From Raja brachyura (lineage: Eukaryota): a stretch of DNA of 64,000 nucleotides. Position 1 is the stretch's first letter, and each line of letters opens with the position of its first letter. The notes below the pieces were generated by a model. That model saw only the letters and a list, made by a program, of their open reading frames with translations. It made no database searches and was not told the DNA's origin. The translations under genes were made by a program, and so were the position numbers. This document shows, one piece after another, positions 36,744-49,490 of this stretch. The stretch is taken from NCBI GenBank assembly GCA_963514005.1, contig OY740781.1, positions 164,114,001 to 164,178,000 on the forward strand, given 5' to 3'.

Positions 36744-36869
36744 TTTGTGAATGTAAATGGACAAATTCCAGACCAAAACATTTTGTGAGAAGGAATATAT
36801 ATAATTATCAAAAAATATTCCTTCTCACAAAATGTTTGAGTTGGGAATTTGTCCATTTACATTCACAAA
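36744..36869. repeat. Inverted repeat, ~55-bp arms, 16-nt loop
   Basis: TTTGTGAATGTAAATGGACAAATTCC..AAACATTTTGTGAGAAGGAATAT versus its reverse complement at 36815-36869. Confidence 0.85.
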
Positions 36870-38349
36870 ATTGGTTCAAAATATTCACAGGGACCTCATG
36901 GCAGTGCTCACAATAGTAGATGGGATGGTGTTTACAAAACTCCGAGGCCTCATAATACTTAACATTCAATATACAATTTTGGTACAAAATTCTATTTGCT
37001 CAACGTGACATTATATTGAGATTAATTTTACATGAAATGAGTCTTCTTCAATGCCTTGGAAATGTAACTTGTTTTTACAATCATTTTGCATGTATTGTTT
37101 TTTTCACTACTGGCAATCTTTCTTCTGGGCTGTCGCTGACAAAGGCAAACTTCATTAGTGCTCTTGAAAGGGTGGTGGCGAAACATCATTTTGAACCACT
37201 ACAATTATTCTATTGAAGATACTCACATAATGCTTTTAGAGAGTTACAGAATTTTGGTTCAGCAACAATGAGGGATGAGAGAAATATTTTCTTGGATGAC
37301 ACGTGAAGATGGTCATGTTCATAAGTACCTTTTGTTCTTGCCCCTCTTGCTGATGAAGATCATGTGTTTTGAAAGGGCTCTTTGCACTTGCATTTTGTAA
37401 GTGGCACTTTCTTTCCTTTAAGTCCTGGTACATGTTGATGGGAGATGTGAATGATCAGGATGGTGAAGGGCTCTCAGTCACGCAGATTTCTTGCATGTTG
37501 TTGAAGTTGTACACAACCAGGCAGCTGGTGGGTACTCCATCAAACTCCTGCTTTGTTCCTTGTCAATGTTGAAACCTTTGAAGAGGGTGTTCTTCATTAA
37601 TGCAAAGGGATGGAAAAGAGAGTTATATTTTAATTGCTGATTTGCACATGTTAACATTGAGCGTAAGTGGAGAATCCTCGTGATTTCTACCATGCATTTC
37701 CTGCCCTGAGGGTCTGAAAGCTTGTGGGACCAGGAGGGAGGATGCGAGGAACAAGGACAGTTGGAGGTTAACTGGGGTAATGCCTCCAGCGCCTTCAAGG
37801 TCAACGGCAGGAGATGCCTCAGGGACACAAAGATGGCCGGGTGAGGAGAGAGATGTCATTTCGTGGGCCGATCCGGTTGAATTTGACGGAGGAAGGCTCT
37901 GCAAGAGCCTCGGACTTACAGTACCTGGATCAGGAGCTGCTCCAGAAGACCAAGAACACGGGCAGACCAGACTTTGGACATTGGAAATTGCCGCAGAACA
38001 TGGCAACGCCTGCATGTGTAAATACGCAAAGAAAGAATTTTACTCCATAGTTGCACACGTGATAGATAAAGCACAAGTGAACCATTGATTATATGGCCAT
38101 GGCACTGCCCCGGCAAGTTGGTAGGTCACTGGGGAAATACAGTAAGTTGGAGAGGGGATGATAGCCTCCTGTGCTATTCTGGCACAATGTGCAAACTGGA
38201 CTCTCTCAAAGGCAAATGCAGTGAGAGGCTTAATTGAACTGTATATGATCCTTTTAGGATGGGAAATCACAGTCTGCAGTTGAATATAGTGAGCTCAGTT
38301 GAATCTCTGCTTCAGTTGCTTCGCAAGGCTTTTCATTTTTTGGCCTCTG

Positions 38350-39410
38350 TTATCACCCTAACTTTCTTCTTTTCTGTGCAAAGGTACAGCCACGGGCACT
38401 CGCATGGGCCTCAGCTATGCCTGCTTTTTTGGTGGTTATGTCGAACAGTCCTTGTCCCGGGCCACTTGCACCGTCCCCCAATTCTTTCTCTGCTACATCG
38501 ATGACTGCATCAGGGTAGCCTCCTGCACCCATGCAGAACTCACTGATTTCATTAACGTCACCACTAACCTTCACTCTGACCTCAAATTCACATGGACGAT
38601 CTCTGAAACCATTCTCCCCTTTTTTGACCTCTCTGTCTCCATCACGGGGGAACATCTATTTACCAATGCCTACTACAAACCTAACAAATCCCACCTTTAT
38701 CTAGACTACATTTCCTGCCACCCTGCCTCTTGCATAGATGTTATCCCCTACTCTCAATTTCTCCATCTCTATCACATCTGCCCCAACATGAGATTTTGCA
38801 TTGTTCATCGTAATGTCCTCGTTCTTTAATAAATGTGATTTCCTCTCTGGTGTCATAGATGGATCCTTCACCCCCATCTGCTCTGTGTGATGTAGTTCTG
38901 CTCTCACTCTCCCTTCCCCTGGATGGAACAAGGGTAATGTTTCTCTGTTCCTCACCTTTCACCACACCAGCCTCTGCATCCAACGCATCATCTTCCGACA
39001 TTTCCATCATCTCCGACGTGATGCCAGCACCGGTCACATCTGCCCATCTGACTTTCCACCGTCTGCCTAGACAGGTTCCTCCTTGGTTTACTCATCCCTT
39101 CCCACCCAAACCATCCCTTCTCCAGGTACTTTCCCCTGCAACCACAGGAAATGTAACATACGTCCCTATACCTCCTCCCTCACCTCCATCAAGGGGCCCC
39201 AGCAGTCCTTCCAGGTGAGACAGAGGTTCATCTACTGCATCCAATGGTCCCAATGTGACCTCCTGTACATTGGCGAGACCAGGCGTAGACTCGGCAACTG
39301 TTTTGCTGAACACCTGGTTCGCCAACCCTACTAGATCTTCCAGTTGCTAAGCATTTTAACTCCTCTTCCCATTCCCACACTAAGCTTTCTGTCCTGGACC
39401 TTCTCCATTG
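38350..39410 (+). mobile_element. Penelope-like element, decayed RT plus GIY-YIG
   Basis: GTRMGLSYACFF...YIDDCI...PFFDL...IPYSQF; YCIQWSQCDLLYIGETRRRLGNCFAEH. Confidence 0.9.
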
Positions 39411-39664
39411 TCAGTTTATTGTCACATGTACCGAGGTACAGTGAAGAGCTCTTGTGTGCCAAGCAGTCAGCAGAAAGACAATACATGGTCACAATCGATC
39501 CATTTACAGTGTATAGATCCATGCTAAGGGAATAACGTTTAGTGCAAGGTAAAGCCATCAAAGTACGATCAAGGATAGTCCTAGGGTCATCAAAGAGATA
39601 GATAGTACTTCAGTACTGCTCTCCACCCAAATTGCAATCCTGCCAAATGATAATACCTTTAATA

Positions 39665-39838
39665 CAAAGATAGATACAAAATGTTGGAGTAACTAAGCAG
39701 GTCAGGCATCATCTCTGGAGAAAAAGAATAGGTGTGCAGGTGTCGGTGCCTCCAGAAATGCTGCCTGACCCACTGAGTTACTCCAGCATTTTGTGTCTAT
39801 CTTCAGTATAACCCAGCATCTGCAGTTCCTTCCTACAC
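39665..39838. mobile_element. Fold-back Penelope mini-element
   Basis: Inverted modules; 13-bp TSD AATACCTTTAATA. Confidence 0.8.
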
Positions 39839-41949
39839 AATACCTTTAATAAAGTGAGTGCTTGCAAGGGTGCTGGTATCAATCTCACTGTTGCTTTACA
39901 CTCTTTATTTTGTTTCACAACCCCCTGCTTTGGGTGCAAGTCAAATGTCTCTGTCATGCCTTTGGAATGTTACACTCTGGTTTCCCATATGGTCCTTACA
40001 TCAAAATAATTGGATTTCTGTTGCCAAGTTACTGAGCGCATTGTAAATGAGAATGCAAAACCAGGATAATTGCTGTAAATTGCTATTCTATCATCATGAT
40101 CATATGAGCAGAACGGAAAATAAAGGTTGTTGTTTCATGCTTGATTTTCCCTTACATTTCGAAGGGGGCACTCATGCAATTTAATTTAATATATTTTCTT
40201 TGTTAAAAGTCTTGTTCCAGATAGCTCGGGATTTTTAATCAAAAAAAAAAATTAGCTCGGATTGCTCCAGTCATATAATGCTTTGGCATGGATGTTCATG
40301 GAATATGAAATACATCTGAAGGAGGTGGCACAAATGAGGAATGCATTTAAATATAAGTATCTGAAAGGACAACACTTAAGATTAAGGCATTTACCTTTCA
40401 GAACTTCAATATAAATTGTAGGTTGCAAAAAATTAATAAAAACAATTATTATCGAATGAATATCAGGGTGAGAAGTATTTAATTGTGTATAAGAAATTGA
40501 TAAAAAATTTTGTTTAAAACTTATTGACTTGTACGTGTAATTATATTTCACTCAGATGCTGTCTGGTTGGCTGAGCATTTCCAATATTTTCTGCTTTTTT
40601 TTATCAAAGTTCTGCCATTTTTTATTTGGTCCTTTTTTTTATACAAAAAAAAATGAAAACCCTCCTGGTGTGATTGTGGCAAGTCAAGTCATCCCTCAGA
40701 AATGACTTGGATCAACTTCAGTTTGCTACCGCCACAACCGATCGACGGTGGATGCAATTTCACTGGCTCTCCACTCTGCACTGGACCTCTTGGAGACAGG
40801 AACTCATCCATCATGTTGTTGCACATCGATCACAGCCCTGTGCTGAACACCATCATTCCTTCCAAACTCATTGTCAAACCCAGGAAAACGAGAAAAGAAT
40901 ACACCCGCCTTACTAAATGTATCGTGTAGGAAGGTGCTGAAGATGCTGCATTATATCGAAGAAAGACAGAAAATGCTGGAGTAATTTAGTGGGACAATCT
41001 TGAGCTATCTAGTAGTTAATCTGTGGAACTCATTGCCACAGAGGGCTGTGGAGGCCAAGTCGGTGGATATTTTTAAAGGCATAGATAGACAAATTCTTAG
41101 ATAATAAGTATAATAATTAGGAAGCATGTCAAGGGTTATGGGGAGAAGGCAGGAAAACGGGATTAAGAGGCATCGATCTGCCATGATTGAATGTCCGAGT
41201 AGACTCGATGGGCCGAATGGCCTGATTCTTCTCCTATAACTTGTGAATTTGTGAAAAGAGGACTGCCCGACAGTCATAGATGTTATAACAGATAGGATGA
41301 AATTCAGATGGTTGCCACAATGGGAGGAGTGCATGTTCTGGCAGTTAATCATTCTTACAATGAAGATCTCACTGGCAGACCTCAATCACTATGGATTAGC
41401 AACAACACATTATGCATAATGACCATCAGCACAGCGGCACCTCAGGTGCTGTGTGCTCAGTCCATCTATTGATTTTCCACAAGTATAAAGTGGAGAACAT
41501 ACTGACTGGTTGCATCAAAGCCTGCGGCGGAAATTCAAGCACTTAGGAAGGAAGGAGGTTGCGGAAAGTGGTGGACATTGTTTGGTCCATCAGAGGTATT
41601 AACCTCCCCATCATTAAGGGGGTTTGCAACAAGCACTGCCTCAAGTAGGGAGTTAATATCATTTAAAAAAACACAACATCCGGCCATGCTCTCTTCTTGC
41701 TGTGACCATCGGGAAGAAGATACAGAGGAGCTTGAGAACCATTACCAGATTCAAGAATACCTTCCTCCCATCACGAGATGTTCTTGAGCCACCCCGGACA
41801 GCCCTATCCACAACCCTACCTCAGCAGTGAACAACAATGATCTTTGCATGACTACGGTTGCTCCACTGTGGCATTTTTGTATTCTATTGCACGAGTTTAC
41901 TTAGCTGCATTGTTTGTAGACATTATTGCATCCAATGTGCATCTCTATA

Positions 41950-43120
41950 ACTGGATCCTCGACTCATCTCTGCAAGTGCATTTTCAACTACCTGATCAAC
42001 AGACCCCAATCAGTGAGGAGAGGGGACAAATCATCCTCTACAATAATCCTCAACACTGGTGCTCCACAAGGATGCGTTCTCAGTCCCTTTCTTTACCCCC
42101 TTATACACCCACGACTGTGCAACCATGAACAAATCCAATTCACTTTACAAATCTTCAGACAACACCACCATTGTAGGCCAGATATCAAATAATTATCAGA
42201 CAGAATGTAGGAAGGAGATTTAGAACCTCGTGGCCTGGCGTGAGGACAACAACCTTTCTCTCAATGTCAGCAAGACAAAGGAGAAAGTGATCGACTTCAG
42301 GAAGTGAAGCGGTGCGCATACCCCAGTTTACATTGGTGGCACCAAAGTAAAGATGGTTGAAAGCTTCAAATTCCTAGGAGAAAATATCACCAACAACTTC
42401 TCCTGGATCACCCATATTAAAGCAACGCCTCTACTTCCTTAGAAGACCTAGGAAGTTCAGCATGTCCCCAACAACTCTCACCAACTTCTACAGATGTGCG
42501 ATAGAAAGCATTTTATTGGGATGCATCACAGCACGGTTTGGCTCCATCCAAGACCAAAATAAATTGCAGAGAATTGTGCATGCAGCTTAGAACATCACAC
42601 AAACCAACCTCCCTTCCATTGACTCCATCTGCACTTCACACTGCCTCAGCAAGACCACCAGTATAATCAAGGACTAGTCGCACGCCGACAACTCCCTCTT
42701 CTCCCCTATCCCATTGGGCAAATTGTATAGAAGTGTGAAAACACACACCTCCAGATTCAGAGATAGTTTCTTCCCAGCTGTTATCAAGCAACTGAACTAT
42801 CCCACCAACAGCTAGAGAGCAGTCCTAAACTACCATTTACCTCAATGGAGACCCTCGGACTATCTTTGATTAGACGTTACAGGCTTTGTCTTGCACTAAA
42901 TGTGATTCACGTTATTCCCTTTATCAGGTATATGAATGGCTCAATCGTAATCATGTATTGTTAAAGAAGGAACTGCAGATGCTGGAGAATCGAGGGTTAC
43001 ACAAAAAGCTGGAGAAAGGGTAATCATGTATTGTCTTTCGAAAGACTGATTAGCAAACAATAAAAGCTTTTCACTGTACCTCAGTATACGTGACAATAAA
43101 CTGAACTCGAAACTCGAACT
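41950..43120 (+). mobile_element. Rex1/Babar LINE 3' portion, decayed
   Basis: NRPQSVR...LNTGAPQGCVLSP; NFYRCAIESIL; AATAAA plus (AACTCG)n tail; Penelope insert ~42960-43018. Confidence 0.88.
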
Positions 43121-44127
43121 GTAATGCTGCAGCAAGGAATAATTGTATTTGTTCATATCTCGTGAATATAACAAGAAAGCATCTTGATGACATCCACAGG
43201 ATATGTAATACTCAATTGAAGATCTCCAGTGATTCTACATTTAGAAATGTTCAGATTTTTAGTTGCTGGGTGCAATAATATAACTACCCAACTGAATTTC
43301 TTTGCATGCACTCATTTTATTTTATTATTGGTTTTAATATGATGATAAAGGAAATGACAACACATATCCGTAAGGTAGATTTTCTGGGAATCCCTTCAAA
43401 ATTTCAACAGAACACGACCCCATCACCCACTGTGTTTCATCATCACCTTCCACCACCAACTCCCAGGCATCTGCCAAAATTTGCTTGGACACCACCCAGG
43501 AAAATTCCTCACAAAAACATTTTGATGCATATATTCTCGGAAGCAGAAAATGATTTGAATTTCCAAGCAATTTATAGTACTGTAACAGTTAGAAAGCAAT
43601 TATTTTAGTGAACGAAAAGGTCAATTGTTTTTCCCTTTCACCGTGATTTTGTAACTGACTTATGAACTCGGACAAAACACGACCAATGGAGTATCTTCTT
43701 CACGAATAAATAAATCTATGCAGAAAAATATTGCCCACTGTGGCCAGCTAATGATGTTGAAAGACCTAGAAGTTCCACAATGCAATTCCCTTAGATGGTA
43801 AAAGGTAAGAGAGGAAAGCAATAGCTGTACATTGTATCTGTTTTAATTGAAGAGAAAGAACTGAGTTTTGGATGAGATGCATAACACACAGCTGTGCTAT
43901 TTTGTATAATTAGTACAAGCAACTAAGAATTGATTTCTATTCTAAGATATCAAATAGAAGTAATTTGTTAAAGTAAAGCTGATTTGAACAGCCCATGGAG
44001 AAAAGTGGGCACTGAGGCACAGTGACACAGCTGGTAGAACTGCTGCCTCACAGCATCAGATACCTGGGTTCATTCCTGACCTTCTGTTCTGTCTGTGTAG
44101 AGTCTGCACGTTCTTCCTGTGACCGGG

Positions 44128-44831
44128 TGCTATACGGGAATTTTGCCCGAACAGTCAGTGACCCATAGCGCTGTGGCCATATCTCTATGGTTAAAGCCCA
44201 TAGCGCTGTGGACGGTAGCACTATATTTAGAACCCATAGCGCTGCAGCCGACAGCTCTTTGTTTAAATTCTCACACGCTAAGCCGACAGTACTCTGTTTA
44301 ATCCTTTGCACGCCAAACCTGCAGCGCTGTGTGTGCGCTGTCTGTAGTGCTGTGTGTATTGATTTACACGCCAAGCCTGTAGCGCTGTGTATTGCTTTAT
44401 ATGACAGTCTGCGGCTGATAGCGCTTTGTTCCCAAGGGAGGGGAGGGGAAGGGGGGGTGGGGGCTCGACTGTCCCCTGTCCCCTGCCATTGGTTATAGTT
44501 TGATTTTTGGAGCAGCGATATTGGCCAGGACTTATCGGCGGTTATTTCAACAGCTGATTTCTTACCTGTATAAAGGCAGGCGCCAGTATGCCAGAAGTTA
44601 GTTCATGTACGAGAGGGGTTCTCCGACGGGCTGAATCTCGTTCAGCACTGCGGACGGAGGCAGGGAGAGAGCGAGAGAGAGAGGTGGGCTGCTGTAAAAC
44701 GGACTCCGCGCATACCAAGCCAAGTATTGTTTTTGTTCTCTCTTGCCAATAAATCATATTTGTGACTAAACGAACTAGTGAGCCTTTTTCTGTTCTACTA
44801 GTCAGATCCTTGAATCTGTTCCCTTATAAGA
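44128..44831 (+). mobile_element. Solo LTR (704 bp) inserted in a V-SINE (44015-45003)
   Basis: Imperfect inverted ends TGCTATACGGGAA / TTCCCTTATAAGA, CCGGG TSD, TATAAA 44569, AATAAA 44748, two ATTGG boxes. Confidence 0.8.
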
Positions 44832-45664
44832 CCGGGTGCTTCGGTTTCCTTCCATTATGCCAAGGTTGTGCAGGTTTGTAGATTGCCTCTAGTGTGTGAG
44901 GAGTGGGTGAGCAAGTGGGGTAACAGCACTACTGTGAACAGGTGATCAATGGTTGTCATGGACTTGATGGGCCAAAGGGCCTGTTTCCATGTTGCATCTC
45001 TAAAAATGAAAAATACTAATTCTGTACATAAAAGGGGGCAAATAACCACAAGGGAATTACCTGGAAGTGCGGTTGGTCCAACTGTGATAGGTGTTATTAC
45101 AGAGATCGATAAGATGAAATTCTGGGTTGAACAACAGAACAGTGTACATTCTGGCAGAGTGGCACTCTTACAATGAAAGTGGAAATTCATCCAAAGAAGT
45201 TGTGCATTGTGAAAAAGAATAATTTGCAACTGACACATAACAATAAATCTTTATATCAATACAGGTAAACTCAAGAGGGAAATGTTACAGACTGACATTA
45301 ATAGTAATTACAGCAAGATTAAATAAGGATCAACTATCGGGTGATTAATTTGTTTCTGATGCCGTTTAAAGAAATAAAAGTGAAAAAGGTCAAACAATTT
45401 AAGATTGTATTACTCTGCTAAGAAATCAGAATAATACTAACTACTATGAATCTTCTGACTTCTCTCAGATTTGGTGTGAATATTTGTCAGTTTATTAAAC
45501 TAACACAACTTTAACCCAAGTGGTTTGCGGTAAATAAAATGAACTGCAATGAAAATAATTCTGTATCGCATTCTGAGACTAAAGTAATAATAATTGCAGC
45601 TCAACACCCATGTCTGTTAATGTTTATCAAACCCCATCGGTGCCTGGCACTTAGTTTATTTTAC

Positions 45665-46055
45665 CAGGAATATTACATTGTTTTCTGTTGTGACACGATG
45701 GTTCTGACAGGCACAGAATAATTCTGCTTCCTGGCTTAAGGTAATATTCCAGCCAAGTAATATTGGTGGTGTCCAGGAAACAAAAACCTAACCAAACTGA
45801 AGTTTTTATTGATATCATATAATTCCTGTGCATTGTCAATTGCAACAAATAGATCATTATTATCATTTGCAACATATTCATACGTCTGTATGGATATCAA
45901 TAAATAACGATATTTTCCGACAGCAAATGTCACGGTCTTCTCCTTTGCTAAAATGTCGACTTCTTCTGATGCAAAAAAATGATGTGCAAAGTTCTGCTTG
46001 AATCCAAATTTATTATTCTTCTACTCAGGAAGATTCACCCAGAATTAATAAGATG
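45665..46055 (-). pseudogene. Putative decayed NACHT-core exon of a TTC41/NPHP3-like gene
   Basis: TAG| acceptor, |GTAAAA donor; ILLILGES* (Walker A remnant), FAHHFFAS, LFVAIDNAQEL (Walker B), then after a frameshift ITWLEYYLKPGSRIILCLSEPS...CNIP. Confidence 0.55.
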
Positions 46056-46619
46056 CTAATTAATATTTAGCACGGAGGTGAGGTCTGGACAATACTTCAA
46101 ATATCCGATAGCTAGCTTCTCAGTTTCTCAACAGAGTGGAAGTGAATGCCTCGGGCACTGTTCTCAGCACAGACCCTTTATGTGTGCCACAGATTGTGAC
46201 ACTTTTATTAAATATGTAAGAAATGACAATGCCAGCATCATATTCAGAGGAAACATACCCAATGCATGGTAGATGATTAAGCTGAGACCAGTGCAGAGGG
46301 GAATAAAATAGGTAATTGCTGAATTAAAGAAAACAAAATCGGCCATGGAAGGTATCAAAATCATTAATGCTGCAGCCTGTAATTCAATATTCAATTCAAT
46401 TCAATTCAATTCAAGTTTAATGTCATTGCACAATTATTTTGCCAGCTCATGCGATCACCATCTGGACTCCTATAACATTGCAAGACTCATAAAGGATTTC
46501 AGCAAGAGACAAACATTAAAGGGGAAACAATGCACTTCATTTATGGGATATATTTTAATATATGTGTTTAGTGGGAGCTTCCGAGGCATTAGCATCTGAA
46601 AAACATAAGGGAACACAGT

Positions 46620-46753
46620 CTTCTTCTTGCGTATGGTGTTCACAGCCTAAAGTTGTAGACACCAAAACACTACATCTATTTGTTTGCGGACATCAGGTTG
46701 AACGCATTAGTCGAAACAGGGTGGACCACGTTAAGGTTGCAATCTCCCACCCT
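46620..46753 (-). mobile_element. 134-bp non-autonomous retroelement (Ingi/Vingi-like bipartite SINE)
   Basis: 12-bp TSD AGG(G/A)AACACAGT (46608-19, 46754-65); 3' end CCATACGCAAGAAGAAG; no tRNA head. Confidence 0.7.
46700..46753 (-). ncRNA. Minimal HDV/CPEB3-like self-cleaving ribozyme fold (54 nt)
   Basis: P1 AGGGUGG/CCACCCU, P2 GAUUGCA/UGCGUUC, P3 ACC/GGU, L3 UUAACGU, reduced P4 GUUUCGA, J4/2 CUAA; starts exactly at the element 5' end. Confidence 0.75.
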
Positions 46754-47108
46754 AGGAAACACAGTGCAATCATATGTAAATTAAAGCCTATTGCAATTCT
46801 TGTGATGTTGTGGCCTTTCTTTTCCAATAGTAGATTGCATATGGCTCCTAAAATAAATCTGACATCCTTAATCCGATGATTGCTCTTTTACAAGACAAAG
46901 GGCAGTGCAGTGGGCGGCATGATGATAGCACAGCTGATAGTGCTGCTACCTCACGGTGCCAGAGAACCAGATTCTGAACATGGTTGTGCTTTTCATACTA
47001 CCTGAAGAAACCCTTTAAGCAACAATTCATCGTCACATGTATCGAGGATCAGTGAAAAGCTTTTTGCTTCTTACTGACCAGTCAGCAGAAAGACTATACA
47101 TGATTACA

Positions 47109-48575
47109 TTAGGGTAGCTAACGTAACCCCATTTTTTAAAAAAGGAGGGAGAGAGAAAGCGGGGAATTACAGACCAGTTAGTCTAACATCGGTAGTGGGG
47201 AAACTGCTAGAGTCAGTTATTAAAGATGGGATAGCAGCGCATTTGGAAAGTGGTGAAATCATTGGACAAAGTCAGCATGGATTTACGAAAGGTAAATCAT
47301 GTCTGACAAATCTGATAGAATTTTTCGAGGATGTAACTAGTAGAGTGGATAAGGGAGAACCAGTGGATGTGTTATATCTAGACTTTCAGAAGGCTTTCGA
47401 CAAGGTCCCGCATAAGAGATTAGCATACAAACTTAAAGTACACGGTATTGGGGGTTCAGTATTGATGTGGATAGAGAACTGGCTAGCAGACAGGAGACAA
47501 AGGGTAGGAGTAAACGGGTCCTTTTCAGAATGGCAGGCAGTGACTGGTGGGGTACCGCAAGGCTCAGTGCTGGGACCCCAGCTATTTACAATATACATTA
47601 ATGATTTGGACGAGGGAATTCAATGCAACATCTCCAAGTTTGCAGATGACACCAAGCTGGGGGGTATAGTTAGGTGTGAGGAGGATGCTAGGAGGCTGCA
47701 GGGTGATTTGGATAGGCTGAGTGAATGGACAGATGCATGGCAGATGCAGTACAATGTGGATAAATGTGAGGTTATCCACTTTGGTGGCAAAAACATGAGG
47801 GTAGACTATTATCTGAATGGTGGTAGATTAGGAAAAGGGGAGATGCAACGAGACCTGGGTGTCATGGTACACCAGTCATTGAAAGTAGGCATGCAGGTGC
47901 AGCAGGCAGTGAAGAAAGCAAATGGTATGTTAGCATTCATAGCGAAAGGATTTGAGTATAGGAGCAGGGAGGTTCTACTGCAGTTGTACACGGTTTTGGT
48001 GAGGCCACACCTGGAGTATTGCGTACAGTTTTGGTCTCCAAATCTGAGGAAAGACATCCTTGCCATAGAGGGGGTACAGAGAAGATTCACCAGACTGATT
48101 CCTGGGATGTCAGGACTTTTATATGAGGAAAGATTGGATAGACTCGGCTTGTACTCGCTGGAATTTAGAAGATTGAGGGGGGATCTTATAGAAACTTACA
48201 AAATTCTTAAGGGGTTGGACAAGCTAGATGCTGGAAGATTGTTCCCGATGTTGGGGGAGTCCAGAACAAGGGGTCACAGTCTAAGGATAAGGGGGAATTC
48301 CTTTAGGACCGAGATGAGGAAAACATTCTTTACACAGAGAGTGGTGAGTCTCTGGAATTCTCTGCCACAGAAGGTAGTTGAGGCCAGTTCATTGGCTATA
48401 TTTAAGAGGGCATTAGATGTGGCACTTGTGGCTAAAGGGATCAGGGGCTATGGAGAGAAGGCAGGTACGGGATACTGAGTTGGATGATCAGCCATGATCA
48501 TATTGAATGGCGGTGCAGGCTCGAAGGGCTGAATGGCCTACTCCTGCACCTATTTTTCTATGTTTCTATGTTTCT
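47109..48575 (+). mobile_element. Young 5'-truncated CR1 LINE with open RT frame (ORF 47195..48478)
   Basis: QHGF, DFQKAFD, GVPQGSVLGP, FADD; (TTTCTATG)n tail; ATTACA TSD. Confidence 0.95.
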
Positions 48576-48869
48576 ATTACAATGGAGCCGTCCAGAGTGT
48601 ACAGATACATTGGCCACAAACTACTAAAATCCCTGCTATTTGTGTTTAACTACTGAGTGTATTGACCTCAATACCCCTTGCCTTCACTGTTACTGGGGCT
48701 TCTTGATGCTGCACTCAATCAAATACCACGCCATAATTTCACGGGAAATTACTACTTCAAGAATTCATCTATTAGATCCAAATTTGAATTAAAGCTCTGC
48801 CTAAGTCTGGAACTGAATGATCCTGGTAAAACTGGACCATTGGGCTTCCAACTGGCCTGTTTGTTTAGA

Positions 48870-49156
48870 CTTTTTAGACATTTAGCAATACAGCATGGAA
48901 ACAGGCCCGCCAGGTCCGTGCCGACCAGTGAACACCATATACATTAACACTATCCTACACACAAGAGACAATTTACACTTTAACTAAGCCAATTAGCTTA
49001 CAAAGCTGAACATCTTTGGAGTGTGGGAGGAAACCAAAGGAGAAAACCCACGTAGTCACAGAGAGAACGTATAAACTCCAAACAGACAGCTCCTGTAGTC
49101 AGGATCGAACCTGCGTCTTTGTAGCTGTAAGGCAGCAACTCTACCACAGTGCCACC
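48870..49156 (-). mobile_element. V-SINE
   Basis: Reverse complement of SINE head, V-domain and tail. Confidence 0.82.
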
Positions 49157-49168
49157 TATATAATTGAC

Positions 49169-49490
49169 CTGTTGATTGTGAGATGCCAGCAAGATGCTGT
49201 TCTTGTTATGTAGGATGCATGTTAGTATATCCTGTGTATAATCAGGTATCATCTCATTTTTTGGTATGTCTGCTACTACCCTTGCATGTTTTTCATCTGA
49301 ATCCTTTAATGAACCAAGGTTATTCATGTGCCTTTATAATACCAGGCCAGGAAGTATCAGATTGTGGTGGCCTACATTTCTGCGGCTTCGTATATGGTTC
49401 CCAGTATTTCATGAATGCCCTGTGTTGCTCTGATTCTCTTCCATTCAGCACAAATATAGTGCCGCACACATAATGGAGGAGTCCTTACTG
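49169..49490 (-). pseudogene. Putative decayed pre-NACHT exon of the TTC41-like gene
   Basis: RESEQHRAFMKYW (49407-49439) resembles the E..HxAF motif preceding this NACHT type; CAG|GT donor at 49169. Confidence 0.3.

Noticed and set aside
44160-44430. CRISPR-like repeat-spacer pattern
   Set aside because: Repeats are short, irregular and inside an LTR in a vertebrate context; no cas genes
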